From the human T2T-CHM13v2.0 reference genome, Homo sapiens, in NCBI RefSeq assembly GCF_009914755.1, contig NC_060930.1: 64,000 nt of DNA, one strand, 5' to 3'. A program made the translations under genes and the position numbers. Below the pieces are notes generated by a model. It had not been told where the DNA came from. It ran no database searches and saw nothing but the letters and a program-made list of their open reading frames with translations. Within the stretch, counting starts at the first letter, position 1, and every line of letters starts with the position of its first letter. Below, piece after piece: positions 13,998 to 28,613 of the stretch.

Positions 13998-14430
13998 TGT
14001 AGACTGTCTACGAAGACAGCTGCCAATACACTTTTCCACCTCGTACCTACAGACCACTTCCCCCATCAAGAGGGAACGTCTCTTTTCCGTCCCTTAGAAT
14101 CTGGCTGGCCTGGTGACTTACTTTGACCGGTCCAATGTGGTGGAAGTTCTAATTTTAGGCCTGAGCTTTATGAGACTTGGCAGCCTTTTCTTTCACTGTC
14201 TTGGGCTCCAGCTACCATGTAAAGGAGCTCAGGCTAGACTACTGCATAGTGACAGACCACGTGGAGAGACCCAGCCAGCCTCCCCACACGGGAAATCCCA
14301 GCTGACATCATGTGGAACTGACCTGCCCAGCCGAGCTGATATATCCTGCAGAATCATGAAAAATTATAATAAACTGTGGTTGTTTTAATCCACTAAATTT
14401 TTAGGGTGGTGTGTTTCACTGCACCAAGTA
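13998..14430 (+). mobile_element. MLT1F/G-like LTR
   Basis: 'tggcctggtgacttactttgacc', 'ccacgtggagaga', 'aataaactgtggttgttttaatccactaa'. Confidence 0.75.
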
Positions 14431-15004
14431 GTGTTTCTCTTCTTACTCCTCTTTCCCGGCAGCAGGCCTCAGAGCTCTGCCCCTCCATGTGTTGGAGGAT
14501 GGCAGAATGGAGGAGGAGATAATTCAGCAAAGCTCCCCAGGTAATCCTGATACTACCCTCTTGCAGTTAAGGTTAGTTTGGGCTGCAAGTAATAGACAAA
14601 GCCCAGTTACAGGGCTTACACAACATGGAAGTTTATTTCTCTGTCGTGCCAAAGCCTTGAAGTACTTTGTAAAGGAACTAGTCAGAAACAGCATAGAGTG
14701 CCAGGATTTCTTCCACTTTGGTCAAGAACATGCCTTTCCAACATAGTAATTACATAACTTTATCTGCTCCCAAATTGGAATTTGCTGTTTCAGATTACTA
14801 AAGTGATGCTTACTGTTTTACAATTGCCCAAGCTAATTCTGAATATAGGTATTTGAGTTTAGCTTAGAGCACCTTCAGGGAAGCTCTTCAAGTTTAGTTA
14901 TGTCATTCTAGTCTCAGTTTCACTGATTAAGCTTGAAGAGATTAACTTATGATAAGTAATGTTTTTTGGAGAAACCAAGAAGTCTGTGGTGGGTTAATAA
15001 CTAG

Positions 15005-16370
15005 CAGAGATGAACTTAATCATGATTGTTAAGCTTCAGGGTTCCTCATGTGCAATCTTCTTTCAAGTCTAGGGAGGAAGCCCTAGCAATATACTTACAT
15101 GATCATATGTTTGTGTAAAATTAACCATAAGACCAACTAAGACTGTTGTCTCTTTCCCTTCTGATGTACTCCGTCACCATTTCTCGTGTGTCACTATGCT
15201 GGATTGGCCATAGGTCAAAATATGACTAAGGGGAAGTTGAATTGGGAATACTCTGAGTTTGAGAAGTATTTGCGTGGTCTGCAGTCCCTTCTCTGTGTAG
15301 AGAAGTAGTTGCTAGGTGTGGAAGAACTTCAGGAATACGCCCACTGCCCTCTGTGCTGACTCACAGCGTCACAGAAAAACCATGCAGGGCCAGAAGTGGA
15401 ATCGTGCCATGAACACAATCAACAGCAGCTGCCAGTGAAGTGTATAGACATAGAAGAAAAAAGAAAAGTTTGTAATGTGCAGAGCCATGAGCTAGATTGT
15501 AGAAAATTCTTCCAATAATCAGTGTGTGAAGTTGTAGACAGAGAATTCAGTTTTCATTGATGTTCTTTTGTCAAAACATAAGTTCTCTCTGGTCAGGAGT
15601 ATAGACAATAAGTGGCATATGTAATTACAAAAGCACTACACACTTTTTTCCTTTTTTATTGGAATTTTGCGAAATAAAATTTATTGGAATTCCTGTGTTT
15701 GGAAGAACAAACCTGTAGCAAATCAGTGAGCATATCTGTATGTGACATGACATATTTTATGCATCCCAATATATTGGGTTGCATCTTAGCAATTCGAATA
15801 CATGCTGTCCTGACATAGTCTGGTGGTTCCCAACAGAATTACCCACAAAATTGAGTTCTGAGAATGATATGAATTGGTCACTGTGTATGAAAACTTGAAA
15901 CGCCCTGAAATCTTACAACACATGTATAAAAGAAATTTGATAGAAGTTTCCTACAAATATACAGGCCATTCCCAATAATGAGTTGTGAAGTCAGAAGAAA
16001 CTTTTCTAAACTATAATTTTTTAAACTATAATTTTCTGAACAATAACTTTTAAAAGTTCAATAAACTATGCTAAAAGAAAGAATAAGTTATTTCTATTTT
16101 CTCTCCAAATTGGATTACAAAATAATTTTCTTATGAAGAGGTGATCAAAGGACATACTACCAACACTGTAGAAAAAGATATTACATAGATGTGTTAGACT
16201 TTTAATTACAAGAAATATGTTAATTTTTAGATTTGGGAATGTTGTTTTTAAAAATTTATAATTTGATGTGATATATTTTCTCATTCTTACAAAAATTTAT
16301 TTTCATATCTAACTTTGTATTCTGCATTTTGTGTAAGTTCCAGGACTGATAAAATTTAAATCCACCCCTG
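15005..16370 (+). mobile_element. Arthur1 (MER69)-like hAT-Tip100 transposon with transposase remnant
   Basis: 5' 'cagag...aagcttcagggttcctca', 3' 'aaatccacccctg'; TSD-like ataactag/aaaactcg; PIMSCEVRRNFSKL at 15972 resembles the hAT C-terminal dimerisation motif. Confidence 0.7.
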
Positions 16371-18437
16371 AAAACTCGAAGAAAATCTTGATCAATTCAG
16401 TTAAATAACTTGTTTTTCCTAAAAGAGTGAGGCTTTATGTTATGATGAACCACTGTGATGCTAGCATTCAACGATAGTGTTCTCTGGACCTGCAGATATA
16501 TTTCTCCCAGGGCTGTAGGACGCAGGCTCCCAGGTAGTGTACCAAGTGTATATCTAGGCATTGTCTATCTACTGGAAGCATCATTTTGTTAATATTCTAT
16601 GAATGGTTCTAGTCTCTGATAGAGACAGTTTTATTCTCTGTTGAATTCCACATTGTGTCAGTGAGCAGAGACCCCCTACACCAGGTCCACAGTCAGCCAT
16701 CTCAGTGGCCTACACTTGCTAGCTAGAGAGCCACCATGCCTTCATTTATGTGGGTTGTATTGGGCACTTCTGACATATGCCATGGTTTCTACCTCTGGAC
16801 TTACTTGTGCTGAAAACACATGTTCCTTGAATAAAAAGATGGTGCTTCTTTTTTTTTCCTAGCCAAAAAATGAATGTTAATTAAATTATGTTTAACTTTA
16901 AATTCAACTACAGGCGTTTCTTTACCCCGTAAATTGTAGACTTTGCTGTATCTACCTCCATTTTCCTGATTTCCTGCTTTAAAATAAACATTTCCCTCAG
17001 AGCAATTCAACTTTAAGCAGAAAAGAGAGAGACACTTAATAATCAAGTAGAACGATTACCCAAACTAGTTCTCTTCTTCATTTGCATCTATATTCCCTGG
17101 ATAGTATCCCAACTCCAAATATGTTAGGTTGGTTAACAAGAAAATGTTTTATGCACCGTCCTTTAATTAGAGTTCAGGAAGTGGTACTCCCAACAGATGA
17201 GTAAATGTATTCCTTTATTTTCACATTGTACAATTGTTGAATTTATGGCATTGAAGAATGTACCAAAATTATTCACCACTTATTAGTATTCATTGTAGAA
17301 ACTGACCTGAACTTCATGATTTAAAAAATAACCTTCTTAAGCACCTGAACATTTAAATGTGTTTTATTTTCATCTGAAAGGTAAACAAATAATTTTTCCA
17401 TGCTAGCAATTTGTCTTTTCTCTTGACATTTTTTTAAATTTACTTTTGGAAGTTTCTTAGAATTTCTATAATCTAACTCTGATTGCCTAAAGAGCCACAT
17501 TAAAACGTAATAGGAAGAATTTAATGCAGAAGTTTTTTGAAAAAATGAACAATGGGAAAGCTTTTGGATTCACTTTCTGAAATAAAGCAGTTACCTTTTA
17601 TTTTTAAGTTTAACCATGGTCCTTCCCTCTCTGTTGGCAGAAATATATCATGTGATATTAGATAACTACGTCTCTATTCTTCATAGAATTTAGTGCATTT
17701 AGTAGTATAATCACTCTATTCTACAGAAATTAGCCTAGAACCATGTTTCAACTTCAGTGCTATCAATACTTGTCCATTCTAGCTACTCAAGTGATTGTGG
17801 ATTGATTAGCAAAAGGTTTAGATGTTTTGGACATCTCCTTAAATATAAAACTGAATAGTTCACATCTTCTCACTATCCATACTAAATTTACTAGTACATG
17901 GAAGCGATGAATCATAATGCATAATGAAGTGGTCGTTTAAATATCTTGTTTACTTTTTTCCTAACAAGACCATTTTATTAAGCATGCAAGATCAATCTGA
18001 TAATTGTTTATTTTCTATTTCATACCTGTAAGAGCCATCTTAATCATGGAATAGGTTTTATTTATTATTATTTTTCCTCCAGTCATGTTATTCTTTTACA
18101 AGCATAAGTGAATTTATGTCAGTGTTGACAAGCATCCCCATGTAAGATCAAACTGGCCTTTGGGTGATTCATTCCTAGCCAGTCTGATTTGCTCAAACTG
18201 GGGGTCATTGACATGGCAGTAAAAGTCTTCTTTAAAGCATCACCTTTGAGACTCACTGACTCCTAGTAAAAACTATACCCAATGCTAAATCTGTTGGAAA
18301 AACTAACAAAAATATTCTTCTTTAATTTATTTAAAAAATTTTTTGCTTTATTGTATGAGCCAAAACTTTTAGGTTTGGTCACCAATTTGAATTGTTAAAA
18401 TCTGGGTTATAAAAGCAGTGTAAAAACAGTAGCATCT

Positions 18438-18606
18438 GGCCAGTATGATGGCTCATGCCTGTATTTCCAGGACTTTAGGAGGCTGAGGCAGGAGGATCAC
18501 TTGACTTCTGGAGTTCAAGGCTGCAGTGAGTTATCATCACACTACAGCACTCCAGCCTCAGTGACAGAGCAAGACCCTGTCTCAAACCAACAACAACAAC
18601 AACAAC
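18438..18606 (+). mobile_element. Free Alu monomer (FRAM/FAM-like) with (CAA)n tail
   Basis: Single monomer; perfect 15-bp TSD aaaacagtagcatct (18423-18437, 18607-18621). Confidence 0.85.
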
Positions 18607-19095
18607 AAAACAGTAGCATCTGCCATTAGCCATTTCAGTGAAACGGGAGTCTTTACACTCCTCCTATCATCTTCATGGGCAGGTGGTCATGGACCTTCAT
18701 GTGTGCGTCCTTCTGATGGTCTTCTCCCACCTTCAGAGCTTCGATTACTGTTTCTCAACAAACCAATGAGGACGTGGTCACCTATGGGCCACTGAGGTTG
18801 GTGTAGCCACTGTGTTGCCCTAATTATTACCACACTAAAATGGAAAATGCTACCTTAGGTCAAAAAAGAAGATGAAAAAAAATTTTTTTTAAAAGAGGGT
18901 GACTGTGCTGTGTGTTTTCTGAAACTTTCCTAATACTGAAGATAGTGGGTTTGATTCACTGTTAAGTATTACACTTCCTCCACATTTTCTTCAAAAATTC
19001 AGAGAGAAGCTCTGGAAAGGCTGTGTCAAGAGATAATAAGACGTATCCTGAGCTCCACTTAGAATGCCTCTCCCTCTGTCAGTCAAGGTTGATGG

Positions 19096-19466
19096 CTTCC
19101 TCAATTTGTTTGGGCTGCTATAACAAAATACCATGAACTGGGTGGCTTAAAAACAACAGAAATTTATTTCTTGCAGTTATGGAAGATAGGAAATTAAATA
19201 TCAGGTGCTGGAAGATTCAGTGTCTGGTGAGGGGGCCTGCTTCCTACTTTGTAGATGGTGTCTTCTTCTTGTGTCCTCACATGGGGAAAGGCAACACAGC
19301 TCTCTGGGGCCTCTTATAATTTTATAAGGGCTTGAATCCCATCTATGAGGACTCCACCCTTATGACCTAATCACCTTTCAAAGGCCCTACCTTCTAATAA
19401 CATCATCCTGGGGGTCAGGATTTCCACATGTGAATTTTGGGGAATGCAAACATTTAGACTATAGCA
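19096..19466 (-). mobile_element. MLT1A/A0-like LTR
   Basis: 'gggctgctataacaaaatacca...atgacctaatcacct...tttagactatagca'. Confidence 0.85.
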
Positions 19467-20973
19467 ATGACTTTAGCAGCAAGTGTCCTCTAAATCTCTC
19501 TCCTCTGGAGCCACTTTACCTTTTATTCTAATCCTTTCTTTGTCCAGTAGAGTAGGGAACGTCTGTGGTTTTCCAGTTTTATAGGAAACTTTTTCTGGTG
19601 AGCAAGTAACCTGGGCTAGTGCTTGTACTCATTATCTTTTCAAAGATGTTCATCAGGTTCTTTTGTAAGTAAAGCACTGTGATGTGCCTAAATTTACAGC
19701 ACTAGCTGCACAATTTCCACCTTTATTCCTAGATTATTCCTAGACCCTTGCTATGTCTTACTCTCAGGAGCTCTATTTGATGTTTTCTCTCCTCTCTTGT
19801 AAGGACTAAGTTGTATACTCTCTTTCTTACTGCTCATCTCTCTCCTGCTAGAATGCCATCAGAATTTTCTGTTTCCTTTGTGCTTCCGTAACTCTTTCCT
19901 GTGCTATTGCTTTGATGAATGCCAATTTCTTACTCCTCTTCTTTATATAAATATGCTAAGTTTCCCCATTTTCAATTGGACAAATCCTTCATCCTGGCTT
20001 TCAAAAATCTTCCAAAACCCCCATCCTTTGCTTTCCTTCTCTGCTCCATCTCCAGATTCTCCCCACCATACCCATCTGCTTCAGCCTTGCTGACTGCTCC
20101 TTTTTTGGAGTGTTTCTCTCTCCCATCCTATGCATACCCATGGCTTCTCCATTTCCTCATCTGTGATGCCTTTTTTCCCCACCCCTTGCTCCAATCAGTC
20201 TTTAAGCTTCAATCCAATTCCCCCTTTCTTCTTTAGGAGGCTTTTCTTGACTACTTCTGCTGACTTTTTACCACATTCTTTTTTGAACAGTTCTATAACT
20301 TGTTTCCAGAATTTCTCATTTGCCACTTGATAATCAGAAATAATTTAACACATTTTCTTATTGCTCCAAGGAGATTATACATTTTGAAAAACAGGGTCCA
20401 CCATTTCTGCTTCTCATCCTTCTGTCCTGCTGACTTTAGCACAGGGCCTTCCAATGAGGGGCACTAACTAGGTGTCTGTTGAGCAAATGGCCTGCAGCAT
20501 CTGGTGGTGGACTGCTCTGTATCAAAGATGGGCATTTGTTGTCTGCTGCACAGTGGACAGCTTGTCCTTTTCCCCAGGCTGGAGGGGGTGTGACAGCATG
20601 TGAGCGGCAGTTGCTAATTCAGTTGACTGCTTGGCCTACTTGGAATTTGCCTGCTATGGGGAGGTCATCTGGCCCCGGCTGCAGCTCAATGATATTCTTG
20701 TTAGTTATTTTGGAACACTTGGTCCTCTAACTCCCATGTGAAGTAGTATTGATCTGTCTCCAATATGTATTCAACTTCTTTATCCTACTTATTACCGGTA
20801 GGAATTATACCTCATACTTGTATAACAAAGTGCTTTCATGTATACTTTTGCATTTGAACTTCAAAATAACCAGATGAGGAGTGAAGAGCATATGATGTTG
20901 AACTGATCTGCAGAAAGCTGAGATGATTAATCGGCTTAATTCACAAAGTTTTCTGTTTATCTGTCCAATTTCA

Positions 20974-21376
<403 letters not shown>

Positions 21377-21496
21377 CTAACTAATTCTCTACTCCTCCTC
21401 GTCTCTCATCTTCTGAAAGCTTCTGTTTTGTTCTGGTTTCCCATGAAGCAGGAATATCTTAGTGTAGCCCATTCCTTGCCTCAATGTTTTGTGACA

Positions 21497-21728
21497 CAGG
21501 CAGAGTTTCCATAATCCAAAAATTTGAAATCCAAAATACTCCAAAATCAGACAGTTTTTGAGCACTGACTTGATGCTCGAAGGAAATGTTCACTGGAGCA
21601 TTTTGGATTTCAGATTTTCAAATTAGGGATGTTGAATAAAATGCAAATATTTCAAAATCTGAAAACATCCAAAATCTAAAACACTTCTGGTCCCAGGCAT
21701 TTTGAATAAAGGATACTCAACCCCTGTA
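21497..21728 (-). mobile_element. Tigger4a (Zombi)-like element
   Basis: 'acacttctggtcccaggcattttgaataaaggatactcaacc' is the reverse complement of the Tigger4 terminus. Confidence 0.8.
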
Positions 21729-21794
21729 TCTAATATGCACAACCCTGCTCTCACTATTGATGATATAGTATAGATGTTGAAAAACTATTTCTAT

Positions 21795-22102
21795 AAAGGG
21801 CTAGAGTATAAATATTTTAAGCTTTGCAGGCCATGGGGTCTTTGTCATACTTGCTCAACTCCGCTACTATAACACAAAGTCAGCAATAGATAATACATAA
21901 ACAAATGAGGTGAATGTTCTAACAAAAGTTTTATAAACAGTGAAATTTGAATTACCTGTAAGTGTTATGGGTCATTAAACAGTCTTTTTATTTTACTTTG
22001 TAGAATCATTTAAAAGTGTAAAAGTCATTCTTAGACTGTAGGCTTTGTAAACACAGGTGGTAGGCCAGATTTGGCCTGCAGACTATAATTTGCCAACCCT
22101 TG
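21795..22102. mobile_element. MER58B-like element
   Basis: 'aaatattttaagctttgcaggcca', 'aggccagatttggcctgcag...tttgccaaccct'. Confidence 0.75.
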
Positions 22103-22707
22103 AAACAGTGTATAAAAGTAGAGCCTAGATGTCAGGCAAGGTACTTTAATTAGAGACAAAATGGGCTTGAGCCCAGTTTCACAGCCTATGGAATTTCAAA
22201 GCTGTCCCTAAGTTTCCTGTCTGTCTTTGGTGGACAAATGCTCTTATGGCCTCCTGCATCTCCTGGCTCCTTCCTGCTTAGGTCAACCCTCTTTTCTACA
22301 CCTTGCTAACCCTCCTAGGAAACACACGCTCTCCAGTGAGCTCCTTGATGAAGTCTCCACCCACACAAGTCTTCTTAAAGAAAACAAACTTTACTGAAGA
22401 TTTCAAAGGAGGAGTTTGTCCCCGAAATCCAGGCAATGTCCATTGGAACTGTGACATTACACTTCCTACAGTGTCATTCTATCACTTCACCTCTTTCTTT
22501 TCTCCCCCCAAATAAGATTGTGCTGTTTAAAAGGACTGGATCAACTTTTTGCAAAAGCATTATCTTTTCTCCCCTTTTGAATGTTGGGCAGTCATTTATT
22601 CATTCACTCAACATGTGTTTATCGAACATCTAACACAGTGCTGTCAGAAAACTTTCTGCAATGATGGAACTGTGTTCCATCAACATGTGTTTATTGAACG
22701 TCTAATA

Positions 22708-23143
22708 CAGGTCTGTCCAAGAAAACTTTCTGCAATGATGGAACTACTCTCTATCTGTGCTGTCCAAGACAGTAGCCACTAGCCACATGTAACTCTCGAG
22801 CACTTGAAATGTAGATATAGTTTGGTATCCCTTATGCTTGGGACCAGAAGTGTTTTGGATTTTGGATTTTTTTAAGATTTTGGAGTATTTGCATCATACT
22901 TAGCAGTTCAGCATCTTTAATCTAAAAATTAAAACTCTGAAATGCTCCAATGAGCATTTCCTTTGAGCATCATGTTGGTACTCAAAGTTTCACATTTGGC
23001 AGCATTACAGATATTAAGTTTTTGAATTAGGATCACTCAGCCTGTAGTGAGACTGAGGAACTAAATTTTAAACTATGCTTAATTTTAATCAACTTAAATT
23101 TAAATAGCTACACATGGCTAGTGCTACCACATTGGGCAGCATA
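22708..23143. mobile_element. MER3 interrupted by Tigger4a
   Basis: 'actttctgcaatgatggaa...gtagccactagccacatgt...gagcacttgaaatgt', resuming as 'gtgagactgaggaact...ctagtgctacc'. Confidence 0.78.
22819..23045 (+). mobile_element. Tigger4a-like element nested in MER3
   Basis: 'tatcccttatgcttgggaccagaagtgttttggatttt...ctcagcctg' with TA flanks. Confidence 0.8.
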
Positions 23144-23353
23144 GACCTACCATGGGCAGGCCACTTAGATGCCCTTAGAGGCTCTATAAATGCTTGATTC
23201 CTAAAACATAAGACAATATTGGGTCTGGACCCTCATTGCCACTGGGTAGGATTTAATTACAACTCCACAGTTTATCCTGGCTGCCTTGTAATCAATAACT
23301 TTCAAAGCTTTCACTTTTTACTCCTGTCAAGTAGCTGAAGATAGTACCTGGCT

Positions 23354-23716
<363 letters not shown>

Positions 23717-24699
23717 TAAGTTTCTCTCTTGTTTTTCATACTAGTTGTATGCAAATGCAAAGCTTCTTTTCCCTCAAGAGCACATTCCTCACACAAAGTA
23801 CATCTTCAGTCATGTGTCCAAATGCTATATCGATTCTAGTTGTTTAATCACTAAGTGCATAGACACAACAGCTGGTCTTCATTCTTAAAGCTCTCCATTT
23901 AGGCTGAATATTTCATCTTAAATGCTTTAATAGTTAACATGGGATGATCCATATGGAAACTATCCTATGGAAATATTGGTAGTTTGCCTACAAGATTATT
24001 GATCAAGATGGATTAGGAAGGCTGTGAAATAGTGCCAGGACATTTCTCAGAAATGTCGATAGATACTTAATCACTGTCGACAAACATAATCTTTCTTTGG
24101 CTATAAAGCCAAACTTTTGGAACTGTAACAAGAATATAATTAACCTGTATATTATTGCAAAGCTGGAATCATTGTTGCCTGGCCACTTGGTACATCCTGC
24201 CAGAGGGTGTGATATTCAAATACATATGGATCTTGGGGAAACCTGGATCTACAACCCAAGAGGCTAAATTAGTGTTGGAATTCACTAAAAAATTGTGAGT
24301 CAAGACCAAGATGATGTCTAAAAGGGCCAGTATATTCAGGAGACCAGTTCATTCTAGGCTTCCCTACTTGTTTAAGTCCCTTAGCAAGTGATGTGGATGT
24401 AAGGTTGTTGGCATCTTCAAGATATGAGGTATCAATAAGAACTTTCCAAATTAAAAAAAGTAGATGCATATAAAACTACTTTGGACCTTGTAATGTAATA
24501 ACCACTTAACAAATGTTAGTTCCCTTTTTTCCCCTTTGCTTCCTGGCTTTTGGGACTTTAGTCCTTAAGGAGGTACCACCTCTATAGGAGTCCTTCATCA
24601 GGGATGCCATGACCAGACCACCTACCTCCATGGAATAGAGGTACCCTAGAGAAATTTGTGGGCAGGATGGAGGGAAAATCTAACTCTGTACAAGCTGCT

Positions 24700-25680
24700 C
24701 CAAGCAGTGTCACAACATAGCAAATGCAATTCCTCTCTACTGTAAGTATTGTAAATCCAGAACACAAAAAACTCTTATATAGAATGTTCCAGGAAACATG
24801 AGCTCAAACTAAAAACCACTAAATGCCAGAATACATAAGCCACCATAACCAAGAGTTCGCAGAAACAATGAACTGAAGAATTAGAATATGGATTTTGGAA
24901 ACATTTGATACCAGAATATAAAATGTTAATGTACTTTAAAATTATTTAAAAGTACTGAAAATATGAATGGGACCAATAGAATTATAATAAAGCCAAGCAA
25001 GTTAAAAAAATAAAACTTATAGAAATAAAAATATATAATGATTTAAATCAGAAACTCAAGTGAAATAGCAGTTAGACCTAGCTGAAAGGAAATTTGTAAA
25101 CTATAAATTAAATCTGAAGAAGTTACTCAAAAAGAATGACAGAGGTAAGATAAAAAAAGAAAGGTCTATAGTAAGGAAGTTTAACTATATTCAGTTAAGA
25201 GTTTCAGAAAAAGACAATGGAATAAAGAAAAATGATGTCTAAGAAAATACTGAAAATTTTCCAAACTTGTAGAAAGGTTCAAATTCTCAGGTCCAGGAAA
25301 CCCAAACAAATCCCAAACCAGATAAATAAAAGTAATTTTTTACTTAGACACATTGATGTAAAGTGACACAGAAAAGTTTATGAATGGTTCTAGAAAAAAA
25401 GGACAAATTATGCTAAATTAGACTAACATGTTAACTTTTCAACAAAAATCAATGAAAGCTAGAAAACAGTGAAATAATGTCTTCAAAATGCTGCGGGAAA
25501 ATAACTACCAACTTTTAGAATTGTATGCTCACAGAAACTATTTTTTCAAACAAATAAAAGCCAAGAATGTTCATTATAAGTGCTGTACATACAAAGTAAA
25601 ATGCAATGTCTAAGTTAAAGGATAATTTACAAATTGTTCTCTATAACCATATGTTACTTCTATAATCAGAAATCAAAACT
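24700..25680 (+). mobile_element. Ancient L1M ORF1-region fragment
   Basis: A-rich strand bias; 'agctagaaaacagtgaaataatgtcttcaaaatgctg', 'gagtttcagaaaaagac'. Confidence 0.65.
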
Positions 25681-26483
25681 GCCACTCATATGTGTAACAC
25701 TGAGTAAATAATGTTGTAGATTAAGATAAAAGGTATTCTTTCATTTCAAATTTCTATGACCAGTGCCTAGCACAGGACGTGGTACAGGATAGATGATCAA
25801 CAAGTATTTGTTGACTGACTGAATATTTAACATTATTAACTATTTTCTATCTATTTGACTCTTCCCATTTAAGCATGTCATTTTCTATAGCCATCAAGTA
25901 TTTCAGGGCTCTGATGTTCATCTGCTAATGGCTAAATTGGTTTGTCTCAGGTAGGAGAACTAATAAGAGCTGTTTTAAATAAATCTAATGTCAGTTCACA
26001 CTGAATAGTTGCTGGTAATGCAAAAGGGATTTCAAGTCCCATCACATAAGTAACAGGTCATATTCAATTCCATGAGGGTCAATAATATCTATGGCAGTGT
26101 AGAACTGGAGGATACTGCTTTGCTGTGGGAACAAAAGATTTTAAAGTATATTTTGGCATAAGCTTAAACAAAACTTTGAAGAGCAATAGATAGTATGGTG
26201 AAGAAAACACCTCCTGGTGATCAAGAGAACTGGGTCCTAGCTCTACCCTCTCTGTGACTCCAAGCTGATCACGTTGACAATGAATCTAATTTACATGAGT
26301 GAACTATGGCTCTTAAACTCTGTGCTCAAGAAGGTTTCACACTGTTTTCACTCTATAATATTTTACTACAAGAATGATTTTGGTAATAGCTCCATTGTTC
26401 CCATCAACAAAAGAGCTACAGCAATATCTTTAGTGTGTTTTCACTGGGACTTTTTGAATCTCATTGTGGTCTGAGTCCACCAT

Positions 26484-26715
26484 TAGGGCTGACTTCACCT
26501 TTGGGTATGGGAGGCACTAGGGCCCACGATACTTTTAGGGCTTCATGAAAATGTTTTCATTTTAATGTCTCTTAAAATTAAAAAAGAACATAACAATAAT
26601 GAATATAATAATAAATGCAGACTGGATTATATTTGTCTTTTTACCAACTCAGTCACAAATATAAATTTTTATTATTTTTTATGGAAGAAAGCAAAGAAGT
26701 CATAATACAGCCCTA
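26484..26715 (-). mobile_element. MER96B-like hAT element
   Basis: tagggctg...cagcccta termini; reverse strand 'agggctgtattatgac...aatataatccag'. Confidence 0.6.
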
Positions 26716-26959
26716 CCAACTTTAGGTTCAGATGTACAGGAATTTATAACACTTCAGATTAGTTAAAACCTGGGAGACACTACAAGAGTCTCTGCATTCT
26801 AGGTCCAGAAGTTAGTAGTTAAACTTAGAAAGACAGTTAGATTTTGAGACTTAAATTAGTAAAATGAATGTAACGAATGAGGTCAATAATTTGCAAAAAA
26901 TGATCTCAAAATATAGGAAACCTCTCAGGAAAAACAAAGTTGGGCTATCTGCGGTAGTA

Positions 26960-27180
26960 ACTGTAATCATTGAGCATTTATTATGTACCAGGTGCTGCAC
27001 TAAGTGTGTTATGTGCATTATCTCATTCAATGCTCACAATAACCTTATAAGTGAGTATTATTATTATGAACTTCATGTATAGAGGACGAAACTAAGGCTT
27101 ATAAAGATTAAGTTAACTTGCTGAATATCATGCATTTGTTAAGCGGCAGAAAGAGGATTTGAGCATAGAGTTTGATTTGG
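26960..27180 (-). mobile_element. MIR
   Basis: 'tgagcatttattatgtaccagg...atctcattcaatgctcacaataacc...gaaactaaggctt'. Confidence 0.75.
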
Positions 27181-28011
27181 GAGAATGCAATAATGCCCCC
27201 AACAAAAGCCTCTTGTGAAAGCACACTAAAGCCTCCATGGGATTAGCAGAGCTCTGAAAAGGCAGAGTGAGTCTGCATGAAGTGTAGGGAAGAACAGCAG
27301 GGACAAGGTGGACTCCAAATCGATTAAAGCTAAGCTGAAAGGTAAAACTCTAAGGCTAATAGAAGAGATTGTAATTTGTCTCATGACCAAGTATTCGATA
27401 AAAACCTCTTAAGCAAGATACAAATCAGTGGAATTCTGTAACCCTGCCGATCAGCATGATTCCCAGGTTAAGTAATTGTCAATGTGCCTTTCATGAGGAA
27501 CTCCTGAACAAGTTTTAAAGTTAATAATAGACTGACAAAGTTGCAGAAATGCCCTTGGGGAAGATTTTGCTTTTCTAAAATCGAAGTTTTCAGTGGTTGG
27601 TGAACAAGAGCATGAAACATTTTGAAATTAGTTGTAATGAATATAAAGATGTGACCATTCCAACAAACTCATGGAAGAGGGGAGCAACAGATAATGGGAT
27701 ATCGGGACTGAAGTAGAGAAGAAAAAAAAAAAGAAACCTTTCTTTAGCCATGCTGCTAAGGGTTCTGAGGATTTCTAGTGCATTGGAACTCATAAATACC
27801 AATGTGTGTAATGTTTGTAGCTTGTAGTAAATAACTATGCACAAACTAATTTAGAGTAATTAGTTTATAGTTCTTATTCCATATGGTCTCTATTAAGTTG
27901 TTCTTTTCATTAAGTTATGAAAGAAACTTATCAAAGATTTTTTATAATCTTTATTAAGGGTTGAATTAATGAGATTCTCTAGTATTCATGTCTATATCAG
28001 ATTGACCACAT

Positions 28012-28545
28012 TGTTGTAGTCACCATGTCATTTGTTCTTTGATGCTTTGATATCTTGGTCCTTGATGACCCTGGAGAGACTACTCCTTTCAGGGTTAGCT
28101 AATTTCTAAACAACTCACCTGTAATTGCGCCTATCATATTCACACCAACCAATTCAGAGCCGATACCCTCTCAACCACCCAACTTTATTGAGCTCTTACA
28201 CATGGGACCATTATCCACCTGCCCTAATCACCCAGGGTCAGGTACCAGACAACTGGTACCTATGCCCTAGAGCCCACTGAAATTATTCAAACCAGTCAAT
28301 TCTAGGCATGGTTACCCTGCCTCACCAGATTCTTCCCACAGGAACCACAATAAAGGCTCTTGTCCACATTTCCCCCATAGCTCTCTCTGCCTCCTGACCA
28401 ACCCAGGTGCCTCTCCACATGCCCCCCATGGCATGGTGTGCCTCTTTCTCTCTGAATCTCTGAGTATGACAAATTATCTTTTCAATGGCAATTGTTTCCT
28501 GATCTGTCAGCCTTGCCATACCTAGATTATAACCTGCCTTTCAAA
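28012..28545 (+). mobile_element. ERV LTR (MER21/MER76/MER77 group)
   Basis: 'ccacctgccctaatcacccaggg', 'aaaccacaataaaggctcttg'; subfamily uncertain. Confidence 0.6.
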
Positions 28546-28613
28546 ATAATTGGTCATTATTTTTAAGATTCTGGTAATCTGGGTAGGAAGAACAGGTTAG
28601 AAGCTTTCTTCAC

